From Comamonadaceae bacterium (lineage in GTDB: Bacteria; Pseudomonadota; Gammaproteobacteria; Burkholderiales; Burkholderiaceae_C): a stretch of 64,000 nt of DNA. Within the stretch, counting starts at the first letter, position 1. Each line of letters begins with the position of its first letter. The position numbers were made by a program, and so were the translations under genes. Below are positions 1 to 9,613 of this stretch, piece after piece. The stretch covers positions 2,466 through 66,465 of the forward strand of contig BJGT01000005.1 of NCBI GenBank assembly GCA_014190675.1, in the 5' to 3' direction. The notes beneath the pieces were generated by a model. It ran no database searches and had not been told where the DNA came from. It saw only the letters and a list, made by a program, of their open reading frames with translations.

Positions 1-317
1 CCGGCTACAGCACCCGCTGCCCGATCCCGGCCATCCATGATGGCCGCATCCATTTCTTGCTTGCCAGCGCTGGTGAACACCGCCCCGCGGCCGGCATTGA
101 ACAGCGGCTCATCCTCCAGCGCCATCACAGCGGCGGTGACGGCGTCCAGGGCGGCACCACCCGCAGCCAGCACCAAGCGCCCAGCCTCCAGGGCGCGGCG
201 CAAGCCCGCGTGGTAGGCCGCTTCGCGGGCTGGGGTCATAGTGCTGCGCAGGATGGTGCCGGCACCACCGTGCACGGCCAAGCTGAATGCGGATTGGGGC
301 AGTAAATTTTGAGTCAT
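1..317 (-). CDS. isoaspartyl peptidase / L-asparaginase family protein (N-terminal 105 codons; gene continues past the left window edge)
   Basis: Not in the ORF track because it is open at the window edge. Own translation from ATG at comp(315..317): [25 protein letters not shown]...[44 protein letters not shown]. This is colinear with the HGGAG and PLFNAGxGAVF blocks of E. coli IaaA. Confidence 0.8.
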   Translation of the reverse strand, partial: [105 protein letters not shown]

Positions 318-365
318 GGCGTGCGGTCGTCAAGGTTGGATTGAGTAGAGCAGTGGCTTGGCACG

Positions 366-1121
366 TCAGGATCGCCCACCGTCCACGCTAAGCACCTGGC
401 CAGAAACCCAGCTGGCCGCATCCGATGCCAGGAAAGTCACCGCGTTGGCAATGTCTTGCGGCCGTCCCAGGCGCTTGGTGTGAATGCTGTCGAGCAGCCG
501 CTGCTGGCCGTCTGCCCCGTAGCTGTCCCACTGCCGCTGGGTCGACGGGTTCGACAACACAAAACCCGGCGCCACACTGTTGACGGTAATGCCTCGCGGC
601 CCGAGCTCCAGGCTGAGTTGCTTGGTCAGCCCAACCAAGGCGTGCTTGGAAGCGGTGTAGGCTTGGATGCCGGTCAAGCTCGGGCGCAGGCCGGCGCCAG
701 AAGAGATGTTAATGATGCGGCCAAAGCCACCTTGCTTCATGTGACCGGCACAGGCCTGGGCACACCAGAAGGCGCCGTGCACATTGGCCTCAAACACCAC
801 CAACCAATCCTGCTCGGTGATGTCTTCAATCGGGCGTCCGACCTGTCCGCGCACACCCCCTGCACAATTCACCAAAATGTCGAGGCCGCCAAATTGCTTC
901 GCTGCGCCGTCAACAGCCTCAGCCACGCTGCTGCGCTCTGCCAGATCGATGGTGGTGGTCAGGCTGGCACCCGCTGCACGCGCAGCCTGCAGCCCCGTGC
1001 CGTCGATGTCAAACGCCGCCACCTGCATGCCCTCCGTCACAAAGGCCTGCACGATGCTCAGTCCAATGCCTTGCGCGGCACCCGTCACGATGGCCCGACG
1101 GCCCGACAGATGCAAGTTCAT
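366..1121 (-). CDS. SDR family NAD(P)-dependent oxidoreductase
   Basis: 251-aa ORF with the TGAAQGIG dinucleotide motif and the NISS...YTASK catalytic residues of classical short-chain dehydrogenases. Its ATG overlaps the stop of the upstream gene (ATGA at 1118-1121). Confidence 0.85.
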   Translation of the reverse strand: MNLHLSGRRAIVTGAAQGIGLSIVQAFVTEGMQVAAFDIDGTGLQAARAAGASLTTTIDLAERSSVAEAVDGAAKQFGGLDILVNCAGGVRGQVGRPIEDITEQDWLVVFEANVHGAFWCAQACAGHMKQGGFGRIINISSGAGLRPSLTGIQAYTASKHALVGLTKQLSLELGPRGITVNSVAPGFVLSNPSTQRQWDSYGADGQQRLLDSIHTKRLGRPQDIANAVTFLASDAASWVSGQVLSVDGGRS

Positions 1122-2134
1122 GCGGCCACCAGCAGATCAAGCGTCGCCCAGGCCTGGGGCCGGCGACCCTCCTCAATATCGTGAATCAGCGCGACCAGCC
1201 GGTCGATAGTGGGTGTGGCAAGCCCGCCTTTGGCGCCGATCTGGGAGATGATGGCAATTTGGGCATCGACTTCGGTTTTGCGTTTGCGAATGGCCAGGTC
1301 GCGCCAAATACCGGAATGGGTCTTGGCGGTGTGGCGGTTGAACTCGACCATGTCCGCCACCGAGCGCCGGGCCAGCGCCTCTGGCGCGTCAGGCATGAAG
1401 GCCAAAGGATCAAAGCCGTTGAAACCCAAAGGCGTCACCCCCTGCTGCAGTGCCACCGCCATCACCTCGCGTCCCAAGCGATGGAACACCGGGAAGTGGG
1501 GTTCGGAGGCCAGGTTGTCTGACATCGAGGCGTCCGTGAGCGCGGTGGCAAACAGGATGGCGCCGTAGCCGAGCTTGCCCCACAGATAACCCCAGATGTT
1601 GGGTGTGTGCACGGCGGCCGGCTCAAACAGCTGCAGCAGCCGGTGGTAATCCTCCGCGCGTGCGGTGGCCCGGCCATCAAGCTCGCCCAGCGCCACCGTG
1701 GCCCGGTTACCCAGCAGGATGCGCCCTGGCCCCAGCCAGTCAGCACCAAAATTAACGAAGCAGCCCACGGTTCGCTCGGCACCCACGGCTTCGGCAATGA
1801 CCAACTCATTGAGACCGTTTTGAGCAGAAAGCACCGAGCCATCGTGGGCCAGATGAGGTTTTAAGGCAAGCACCGCCTGATGCGTGTGATGGGCCTTGAC
1901 CGCCAGGATGACCCGACGAAAGGTACCACGCACCCGGGCTGGCGTTGCCGCCTGTACCGGCTGCGTAAAGCACTCCACCGGGCCTTCAATGGCCAGGCCA
2001 TCACGGTTCATGGCGTCAACGTGGTCCTCTGCAATGTCCACCAGCAAGACGTCTTCACCGGCGCGGGCCAGATAGGCTCCCAGAGTTCCGCCAACGGCGC
2101 CGGCGCCCCAGATCAATATAGTGTCTTGCTTCAT
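1118..2134 (-). CDS. 2-dehydropantoate 2-reductase (ApbA/PanE) family oxidoreductase
   Basis: N-terminal Rossmann motif ILIWGAGAVGG and PanE-like length. Start placed at ATG comp(2132..2134) (MKQDTILIW). The track ORF runs to a GTG at 2152 that would overlap the creatininase stop. Confidence 0.75.
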   Translation of the reverse strand: MKQDTILIWGAGAVGGTLGAYLARAGEDVLLVDIAEDHVDAMNRDGLAIEGPVECFTQPVQAATPARVRGTFRRVILAVKAHHTHQAVLALKPHLAHDGSVLSAQNGLNELVIAEAVGAERTVGCFVNFGADWLGPGRILLGNRATVALGELDGRATARAEDYHRLLQLFEPAAVHTPNIWGYLWGKLGYGAILFATALTDASMSDNLASEPHFPVFHRLGREVMAVALQQGVTPLGFNGFDPLAFMPDAPEALARRSVADMVEFNRHTAKTHSGIWRDLAIRKRKTEVDAQIAIISQIGAKGGLATPTIDRLVALIHDIEEGRRPQAWATLDLLVAA

Positions 2135-2148
2135 GCTGGTGCTTCGGT

Positions 2149-2844
2149 TCACAGGGTATGGATCAGTTGACGAGTCTCTTCCACAGCCACCGACCAGACC
2201 GCGTTCATGTCATCGTCCGAGCGCTGGTAGCTGCCCCCGAAGTTGCCATCTCCAATCAAGTCGCGGACCCCGGTTGGGCCAAGCGTGCGCATCAAGGCCA
2301 GGTCCACCATGGGTTTTTGCTGGTCGGGCTGAACCACACCGGCCAGACGCGTGCAGGGGAAATTCTCCATCCAGGACGCGTGCGAGGCCACCGGGTCGAT
2401 GTCCTTCACCTTGGCAAAGGTTTTCGGTGAGTTCCACCAGTTGTGGATGCGGACCTTGCAGCCCGGGTTGGCCTCCAGCCAGGCGTTGACCGCAATCAGG
2501 CCGGGCGCGTTGCCGCCATGGCCATTGACCAGCAGGATGCGCTTGAAGCCGGTGCTGCGCAGGCTGTCCAGAATATCGGTCAGCAGGTTTTGGTAGGTCT
2601 CGGTGCGCAGCGACACCGTACCAGGAAAGGCCATGAAGTAAGGCGTGATGCCATAGGCCAGCACCGGGAACACCGGCACCTTCAGCGGCAATGCGGCATC
2701 CACCGCCACCCTTTCACTCAGGATGCTGTCCACCGACAGGCTCAGATAGGCGTGCTGCTCAGTGCTGCCGATGGGCACCACGGCACGGTCATCTGAGGCC
2801 AGGTACTGCTCGACCTGGAGCCAATTCATATCACTGATCTTCAT
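2149..2844 (-). CDS. creatininase (creatinine amidohydrolase/MftE/ArfB) family amidohydrolase
   Basis: 231-aa ORF. The N-terminus MKISDMNWLQVEQYL...VVPIGSTEQHAYLSLSVD carries the GSxEQH block typical of the creatininase family. ATGA overlap with the GntR gene stop at 2841-2844. Confidence 0.75.
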   Translation of the reverse strand: MKISDMNWLQVEQYLASDDRAVVPIGSTEQHAYLSLSVDSILSERVAVDAALPLKVPVFPVLAYGITPYFMAFPGTVSLRTETYQNLLTDILDSLRSTGFKRILLVNGHGGNAPGLIAVNAWLEANPGCKVRIHNWWNSPKTFAKVKDIDPVASHASWMENFPCTRLAGVVQPDQQKPMVDLALMRTLGPTGVRDLIGDGNFGGSYQRSDDDMNAVWSVAVEETRQLIHTL

Positions 2845-3947
2845 GGGCTTCTTTCCTTTTGAAAAGCGGTTTGACTGCGCAGCCGCTCAATGGCGGGGAT
2901 GAGTGTCTGCTCAATGGCGTGCGGGTCGGGCACATAGCGGAATTCAATCGCCTGCTGGCCCACCGGCCAGTGGCGCAGGATCTCACCCGCGCCACTGGCA
3001 TACACCAGCACGCCGACGCCGGCCAAAAAAGACTGCAGGTCTGGCGCGGTCATCAAGCGCAACTCGGGGTTGGCCACGTGGGGGGTGAAGCGCAGCACGC
3101 CCAGTTTCATCAGGGCCATGAACTCAGGGTAGACCGACACAATGCCGACCCGCGCCAAAGGATCAATGGACGCCAGCAGAGCCCGGGTTTCTTCGGCCGG
3201 GATGAAGCTCAGGCCGACCACTGGCACGCCTGCCGGCAGCCGGTTCTCCAACTCGCCTCGGCGATGCGCCAGGGTGACACAGATGTCGTAGGGAAATGCC
3301 CCGTCTGTGACTTGCTGCAAGGCCTCCAGAGTGGTCGCCGTGATGCTGTCCCCCGCTTTCAAGTAGGTGCTGATCCGGTCCGCGTATTTTTGGGTGGTAT
3401 CAAGAAAATTGCCCACCATGACCAAGCGCAGTGCACGGCTTGCAGGGCGGCTGCGCGCCACCCGAGCGTTGACAAGCGACGCCACCAACGACGGCGCCAG
3501 GCCCAGCGCTTCGGCCTCACGCAACAAACGGTCAACTCGGCGTTGCAGTGTCCGCATGGCCGTTGAGCGCAGCCCGTCGCTGCGGTGCCCGTCGGCAACA
3601 TATGTGCCTGCGCCCGGCTTGGTTTCGATCAGGCCAGACAAGCGCAACTCGGTGTACACAGTGGCCACCGTCATGGGGGCCACATTGGCGCGCCCCGCCA
3701 ACTCGCGCACGGAGGGCAGACGCTGCCCTGGTGAGAGCTCGCCCAAAGCGATGCCAAACTCGATCAAGCCGCGCAGCTGTGTGCCCAAGGGGACCGGTAA
3801 GGCGCGGTCCAGCGACCCGGCCAGGTTCGCCAGCATATTGGCCGACGGCGCCTCCGGTTGTTGACTCACCATGCCGGCGACCGCGTCAGCAGTTTTGCTT
3901 TGCCTTGTTCCATACTCTCCTCTGCTCCTAGCTTGCCATGGATTCAA
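2841..3947 (-). CDS. GntR family transcriptional regulator with large C-terminal effector domain
   Basis: Winged-helix block RLPSVRELAGRANVAPMTVATVYTELRLSGLIETKPGAGTYV. First gene of a four-gene overlapping operon. The true start may be an internal Met. Confidence 0.8.
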   Translation of the reverse strand: MNPWQARSRGEYGTRQSKTADAVAGMVSQQPEAPSANMLANLAGSLDRALPVPLGTQLRGLIEFGIALGELSPGQRLPSVRELAGRANVAPMTVATVYTELRLSGLIETKPGAGTYVADGHRSDGLRSTAMRTLQRRVDRLLREAEALGLAPSLVASLVNARVARSRPASRALRLVMVGNFLDTTQKYADRISTYLKAGDSITATTLEALQQVTDGAFPYDICVTLAHRRGELENRLPAGVPVVGLSFIPAEETRALLASIDPLARVGIVSVYPEFMALMKLGVLRFTPHVANPELRLMTAPDLQSFLAGVGVLVYASGAGEILRHWPVGQQAIEFRYVPDPHAIEQTLIPAIERLRSQTAFQKERSP

Positions 3948-4092
3948 ACTGTACCATTAATATAGAACGGTTTTAGCTAAGCCTCCAATTGAAAGCCGAG
4001 CATTTTTTTGAAAATCATGTGTTATAGTTTTTTAGCACAGTAAAATTTTTGACAGCTTATTTAATGCAACAGTAACAAAACAGGAGAAGTGA

Positions 4093-5673
4093 ATGAAAGC
4101 CATTTTGAAGCAAAGCAAACAACTCGCCCTGGCAGGGCTGACAGCCGCCATGATCGGCGGCACCGTATCGGCACAAACGCTGACGATGGGTGTTCGGGCG
4201 GGCCCGGATTCCATAGACCCCCATTGGTCCACCCTGGGCAGCCAGGCCGAAGCCCTGCGGCACGTTTTCGATACCGTGGTGATGGCGGACGAAAAGCTCC
4301 AACTCAAGCCCGGTCTGGCTTTGTCCTGGAAGTCGATCGACGAGACCACCTGGGAGTTCAAAATCCGCCAAGGAGTCAAATTTCATGACGGCTCGGATTT
4401 GACAGCAGAAGACGTCAAGTTTTCGATTGACCGCATTCCGACGGTGACCGGGCCGATGAGCATGACGATCTACACCAAGCAGGTCAAAGAGACCAAGGTT
4501 GTGGACAAATACACCTTGCACGTCAAGACCAAGGCGGCAGCGCCTACCCTGCCGAACGATTTCATCCGCTTATTTGTGGTTTCCAAGTCGATCGGCATGG
4601 ACGCACGCAACGAGCAATTTAACTCGGGAAAAGCCGCGATCGGTACCGGTCCCTACCGCTTTGTGTCGTGGGCGCCCAAGGGCGACATGGTGATGAAGCG
4701 TTTTGATGGCTATTGGGGTGAAAAGCAGCCCTGGGAGCAAGTGATTCGCAAGGAAATCCCCAGCGATCCGGCACGCATGGCAGCCCTGAAATCAGGCCAA
4801 GTTGATCTGGTGAACTACGTGCCGGCAACCGACTATGCGTCGATGCAGCGAGACAAGTCGGTGGACACCTTCATTGCCGACACGGTCTACATCCTCAACA
4901 TCACGCCCAACGTCAAGGAAACGCTGCCCAAGCCGGTCAAGGTCGACGGCAAGGAGATCGCCGCCAATCCCCTGCGCGACGCCCGGGTGCGTGAGGCGAT
5001 GGACCTCGCCATCGACCGCAAGACCTTGGTCCGTATCGTGCTCGAAGGCCTGGGCCGTCCAGCCAACCAGCTGATGCCAGCCAACTTTTTTGGCGGTAGC
5101 AAAAACTTGCCGGAGCGGCCGTTTGATGTCAACAAAGCTAAGCAGCTGTTGACAGACGCTGGCTACCCAAAGGGCTTCGAGATTGATTTCTTCTGCACCA
5201 ACAACCGATTGCCCGGTGACTCGGCGGTGTGCGAAGCCCTGTCCCAAATGTGGGCGCGTGCCGGCCTGAAGGTCAATGCCAACGCCCTCAATGGCACGGT
5301 GTTTTTCCCGGCGCAGCAAAAGGGCGAGTACAGCCTGTGGATGAGCGGCTGGGGCACACTGACGGGTGAGGCCAGCTACACCTACGGGTCTTTGGTGCAC
5401 ACAGCCGATGTCGTCATGGGACTGGGTGCCTTCAACAAGCAGGGTTACTCCAACCCGGCTGTTGACAAGCTGCTGGAAGAAGGCAGCCGCACCATGGACG
5501 ACACCAAGCGTCGCGCCTTGTTTGAGAAGGCATCCGAACTCTCGATGACCGACCGCGCGTTAATCCCCTCAGTCCAGTTGCAGACGATATGGGCCGCCAA
5601 AGCTGGCATGGTGACTATTCCCGCACGCATGGACCAAGAGACGCTGGCGTACGAGATCAAGCCCAAGCGTTGA
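4093..5673 (+). CDS. ABC transporter substrate-binding protein, family 5 (DppA/OppA/GsiB-like peptide binding)
   Basis: 526 aa with signal peptide MKAILKQSKQLALAGLTAAMIGGTVSAQ and an AGGAG RBS 6 nt upstream. Followed by two permeases and two ATPases in Dpp/Gsi order. Confidence 0.85.
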   Translation: MKAILKQSKQLALAGLTAAMIGGTVSAQTLTMGVRAGPDSIDPHWSTLGSQAEALRHVFDTVVMADEKLQLKPGLALSWKSIDETTWEFKIRQGVKFHDGSDLTAEDVKFSIDRIPTVTGPMSMTIYTKQVKETKVVDKYTLHVKTKAAAPTLPNDFIRLFVVSKSIGMDARNEQFNSGKAAIGTGPYRFVSWAPKGDMVMKRFDGYWGEKQPWEQVIRKEIPSDPARMAALKSGQVDLVNYVPATDYASMQRDKSVDTFIADTVYILNITPNVKETLPKPVKVDGKEIAANPLRDARVREAMDLAIDRKTLVRIVLEGLGRPANQLMPANFFGGSKNLPERPFDVNKAKQLLTDAGYPKGFEIDFFCTNNRLPGDSAVCEALSQMWARAGLKVNANALNGTVFFPAQQKGEYSLWMSGWGTLTGEASYTYGSLVHTADVVMGLGAFNKQGYSNPAVDKLLEEGSRTMDDTKRRALFEKASELSMTDRALIPSVQLQTIWAAKAGMVTIPARMDQETLAYEIKPKR

Positions 5674-5754
5674 TCGTCTGAGCCATACCACCCGCCCGCT
5701 CGGCCGGGAGGGGTGGCACGGCCTCTGATCCAACGCACGCGCAATAGCACCCCC

Positions 5755-6729
5755 ATGATCAGCTTCTTCATACAGCGCTTGCTGCAAGCGGTGCTGGTCG
5801 TGGTGGCAATGTCTATGCTGGTGTTTGTTGGTGTGTATGCCATTGGCAACCCGATCGATGTGATGATCGATCCGGCGTCGAGCCAGGCGCTGCGCGAGAG
5901 CCTGATTCAACGCTATGGGTTTGACCGGCCCCTTTACGCGCAGTACTTCATCTTCATGGGTAACCTGCTGCATGGCGATATGGGGGAATCCTTTATTTAC
6001 CGGCTACCCGTGTTCGGCCTGATTTTTTCGCGCCTGCCGGCCACGCTGGAGTTGGCTGTATCCGCCATGTTGATCGCGACATTGCTGGGTATCCCGCTGG
6101 GAATCTGGGCAGGCTACAAGCCCGATGCGGTCTCATCCAAAGTGATCATGGGCGTGTCGGTGCTGGGCTTCAGCGTCCCGACCTTTTGGGTTGGCCTGTT
6201 GCTGATCATGGGCTTTGCGGTGGAACTGCGCTGGCTGCCTTCGGGTGGCCGGGGGCCAGTCACCGAGCTGTTGGGCATGAAACTGTCGATTGGTTCGCTG
6301 GAAGGCCTGAGCCACCTGGTGCTGCCCGCCTTTAACCTGGCGCTGTTCAAACTGGGCCTGCTGATCCGCCTGGCAAGGGCTGGAACGGTCGAAGTGATGA
6401 GCTCGGACTATGTGCGCTTTGCCCGGGCCCAGGGCTTGTCTGAGTCCAAGGTGCTTGGCCTGCACGTGCTCAAAAATATCTCCATCCCCATCGTGACCGT
6501 GTTCGGTCTGGAATTCGGCTCCACCCTGGCGTTTGCGGTGGTCACAGAAACGGTGTTCAACTGGCCCGGTATGGGCAAGCTGATCATCGACTCCATCACG
6601 GTGCTGGACCGCCCGGTGATGGTGGCCTACCTCGTGCTGGTGGTGGTACTGTTTGTGCTGATCAATTTTGTGGTGGACCTGATCTACGGCCAGCTCGATC
6701 CCCGAATCCGGATCAAGGCCGCGCAATGA
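5755..6729 (+). CDS. ABC transporter permease (DppB/GsiC-like)
   Basis: Hydrophobic multi-TM protein starting MISFFIQRLLQAVLVVVAMSMLVF, a typical DppB N-terminus. The track ORF begins at GTG 5713. Confidence 0.85.
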   Translation: MISFFIQRLLQAVLVVVAMSMLVFVGVYAIGNPIDVMIDPASSQALRESLIQRYGFDRPLYAQYFIFMGNLLHGDMGESFIYRLPVFGLIFSRLPATLELAVSAMLIATLLGIPLGIWAGYKPDAVSSKVIMGVSVLGFSVPTFWVGLLLIMGFAVELRWLPSGGRGPVTELLGMKLSIGSLEGLSHLVLPAFNLALFKLGLLIRLARAGTVEVMSSDYVRFARAQGLSESKVLGLHVLKNISIPIVTVFGLEFGSTLAFAVVTETVFNWPGMGKLIIDSITVLDRPVMVAYLVLVVVLFVLINFVVDLIYGQLDPRIRIKAAQ

Positions 6730-7619
6730 GTCTGGCCCTTGAAACCCGGTGGATTCGGCTCGTCAATTTTTGGGCTGACTACCGGCAGAGCCGGGTCGCG
6801 GTGCTGGCGCTGGTGGTGATCGCCCTGATGATCCTGGCGGCCCTGCTGGCACCCCTCATCACACCGCAAGACCCCTACAACCAGGCGACGTTGGACCTGG
6901 CAGCAGCGCGCTTGATGCCGGGCGAAATCGGCCCCGGCGGCTATGTGCACTGGCTCGGCACTGATGCTGCGGGGCGCGATGTTTTCTCCGCCATTCTTTA
7001 CGGCCTTCGCACCAGCCTGCTGGTGGGCGTACTGGCCGGCACCTTGGCCCTGATGCTCGGCGGTGTGGTGGGCCTGCTGGCAGCCTACTACGGCGGGCGT
7101 CTCGAGGCCGTCATCATGCGCGTGATCGACCTGCAACTTTCCTTGCCAGCCATCCTGCTTGCGCTGGTTCTGGTGGCTTTGCTCGGGCAGGGTTTGCCGC
7201 AGCTGGTGGCTGCACTTGCGCTGGCGCAATACGCTTACTTTGCGCGCACCGCCCATGGCGCGGCCAGCGCCGAACGCAACAAGGATTACATTGAAGCAGC
7301 ACTGTCAACGCCGCTGTCAGCCATGCGGGTGCTGTTTCGCCACCTGCTGCCCAATGCCCTGCCGCCTTTGATCGTGGTCGCCACCGTGCAAGTCGCGAAC
7401 TCGATTGCGCTGGAGGCCACCCTGTCCTTTTTAGGCCTGGGATTGCCGCTGACACAGCCGTCACTGGGATCGCTTATTTCCAACGGCTTTCAGTTTCTGC
7501 TGTCGGGCCGCTATTGGATCTCAATTTACCCGGGCATTGCCTTGATGGTGACCGTGGTCGCCATCAACCTGGTGGGTGATCAGGTGCGCTACGTGCTCAA
7601 TCCGAGGCGCAGCCGATGA
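6726..7619 (+). CDS. ABC transporter permease (DppC/GsiD-like)
   Basis: 297-aa multi-TM protein. ATGA start/stop overlaps on both sides (6726-6729 and 7616-7619). Confidence 0.85.
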   Translation: MSLALETRWIRLVNFWADYRQSRVAVLALVVIALMILAALLAPLITPQDPYNQATLDLAAARLMPGEIGPGGYVHWLGTDAAGRDVFSAILYGLRTSLLVGVLAGTLALMLGGVVGLLAAYYGGRLEAVIMRVIDLQLSLPAILLALVLVALLGQGLPQLVAALALAQYAYFARTAHGAASAERNKDYIEAALSTPLSAMRVLFRHLLPNALPPLIVVATVQVANSIALEATLSFLGLGLPLTQPSLGSLISNGFQFLLSGRYWISIYPGIALMVTVVAINLVGDQVRYVLNPRRSR

Positions 7620-8587
7620 GCGATGCCGTTCTGCGAGTCCAGAACCTGCGCACGGAGTTTGCCGTGCGTGGCGGTGTCGTCAAAGCCGTCGACGGCGTCA
7701 GCTTTGAGGTGGGCCGAGGTCGTATCCTGGGTCTGGTGGGCGAATCGGGCTCAGGTAAAAGTGTCACCGCTTACTCCATTCTGGGCCTGATCGAGGCACC
7801 GGGACGGATCGCCGGGGGTCAGGTCCTCCTCAATGGCGTTGACCTGACGCAACTGCGTGGCGAGGCCTTGCGCCAAATCCGTGGGGCGCACATCGCCATG
7901 GTGTTTCAAGACCCGATGATGACGCTGAACCCGGTGCTCAAGGTCTCCACCCAAATGGTGGCCGCCGTCAAGGCGCACGACAAAGTGTCTACCGACGTGG
8001 CACTGGAACGCGCCAGGCAGGCATTGGTCACGGTAGGCATCCCCAGCCCGCAGGAGCGGCTGGACGCTTACCCGCACCAACTGTCGGGTGGCATGCGACA
8101 GAGGGTGGCGATTGCCATCGCCCTGCTGCACCGCCCGGCCGTGATCCTGGCCGATGAGCCGACCACCGCTCTGGATGTGTCGATCCAGGGTCAAATTTTG
8201 GCTGAGGTGCGGCGCCTGGCCAGCGAAACCGGCACCGCCTTCGTCTGGGTCACCCACGATCTGGCCGTGGTGTCTAGTCTGGCAGACGATATTTGTGTGA
8301 TGTACGCCGGCAAGATCGTCGAAGCCGGCTCGGCCGATGCGGTGATGGCACAACCGCACCACCCTTACACCGCCGGCTTGCTGGCGTCGGTGCCGGCTGA
8401 ACATGAGCCCGGCACACGCCTGCAACAAGTGCCAGGCCAAGCCCCATCGTTGGCCGATCTGGACCAGGGCTGCGCCTTCACTCCGCGTTGCGCCAAAGCC
8501 AGCCCGGTCTGCAACACCCCGCCGCCGCTGCAGCAACTTGCCAATGGCAGAAGCGCGCTGTGCCACCACCCCATCGTGTGGACCTAG
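7616..8587 (+). CDS. ABC transporter ATP-binding protein (DppD-like)
   Basis: Walker A GESGSGKS, signature LSGGMRQR, Walker [12 protein letters not shown], and a Cys-containing oligopeptide-transporter C-terminal tail. Confidence 0.9.
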   Translation: MSDAVLRVQNLRTEFAVRGGVVKAVDGVSFEVGRGRILGLVGESGSGKSVTAYSILGLIEAPGRIAGGQVLLNGVDLTQLRGEALRQIRGAHIAMVFQDPMMTLNPVLKVSTQMVAAVKAHDKVSTDVALERARQALVTVGIPSPQERLDAYPHQLSGGMRQRVAIAIALLHRPAVILADEPTTALDVSIQGQILAEVRRLASETGTAFVWVTHDLAVVSSLADDICVMYAGKIVEAGSADAVMAQPHHPYTAGLLASVPAEHEPGTRLQQVPGQAPSLADLDQGCAFTPRCAKASPVCNTPPPLQQLANGRSALCHHPIVWT

Positions 8588-8589
8588 CC

Positions 8590-9591
8590 ATGGCAGACCT
8601 GCTTCAAATTCTGGGCGTGTCCAAGCGCTTCGTCAAGCCAGTGTCACTGGCCGAACGTATCGGCACCATGATTGGTGGTGCAACCAGTCGTCAAACCGTA
8701 CACGCCGTCACCGATGTAGCCCTGAGCATCCCCAAAGGCGAAGTGCTGGGCCTGGTCGGCGAGTCAGGTTGTGGCAAGTCCACCCTGGGGCGCATGATGG
8801 CCGGCATCTACAGCCCGAGTGAGGGACAGGTGGTGTTTGACGGCGCGCCAGTGGCCCGGCAGCAGGGTCGGCGAACCGTCAAGCTGACCACCCGGGTGCA
8901 GATGGTCCACCAAGACCCCTTCTCCAGCCTCAACCCGCGCATGCGGGTGGGCGACACCATCAGTGAAGGGCCGCTCACGCACCATCTGGTGCAGCCGCAG
9001 CATGCCGACGCCTACGTCGTCAGCATGCTGGAGCGTGTCGGGCTGGACCCCGACCTGCGCCGGCGCTTCCCGCACCAGTTCTCGGGCGGCCAGCGGCAGC
9101 GCGTGGCCATCGCCCGTGCCCTGGCCATGAAGCCTGATTTGCTGGTGCTGGACGAACCGGTGGCCTCGCTGGATGTCTCAATTCAGGCGCAGGTTTTGAA
9201 TCTGTTCATGGACCTGCGGCGCGACCTGGGCCTGACGGCCGTCTTCATCAGCCACGACCTTGGCGTGGTTCGCCACGTGTGCGACCGGGTGGCCATCATG
9301 TACCTGGGCCGCATTGTCGAGATTGCGCCGATGGCCCAACTCTATGGTGCTCCGGGCCACCCCTACACGCGCGCCCTGTTCGACAGCGTGCCCAGGGTGG
9401 GTGCAGGCCGCCAGGTGTTTCACCCTATTGCCGGCGAAATTCCCTCGCCGCTGAACCCACCCAGCGGCTGCCATTTCCACCCGCGCTGCCCATTGGCTGG
9501 TACGCGTTGCAAGCGCGAAGCGCCGACATTGCAGACCAATGCCGACGGGCGGCAGCTCGCCTGCCATCTGGCTGCCGGCGGCGTGGCCTGA
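8590..9591 (+). CDS. ABC transporter ATP-binding protein (DppF-like)
   Basis: Walker A GESGCGKS, signature FSGGQRQR, Walker [13 protein letters not shown]. Start moved to ATG 8590 ([10 protein letters not shown]), 2 nt after the upstream stop. The track ORF start at 8488 lies inside the upstream gene. Confidence 0.9.
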   Translation: MADLLQILGVSKRFVKPVSLAERIGTMIGGATSRQTVHAVTDVALSIPKGEVLGLVGESGCGKSTLGRMMAGIYSPSEGQVVFDGAPVARQQGRRTVKLTTRVQMVHQDPFSSLNPRMRVGDTISEGPLTHHLVQPQHADAYVVSMLERVGLDPDLRRRFPHQFSGGQRQRVAIARALAMKPDLLVLDEPVASLDVSIQAQVLNLFMDLRRDLGLTAVFISHDLGVVRHVCDRVAIMYLGRIVEIAPMAQLYGAPGHPYTRALFDSVPRVGAGRQVFHPIAGEIPSPLNPPSGCHFHPRCPLAGTRCKREAPTLQTNADGRQLACHLAAGGVA

Positions 9592-9613
9592 AACATCCCG
9601 TGACGATAACCTG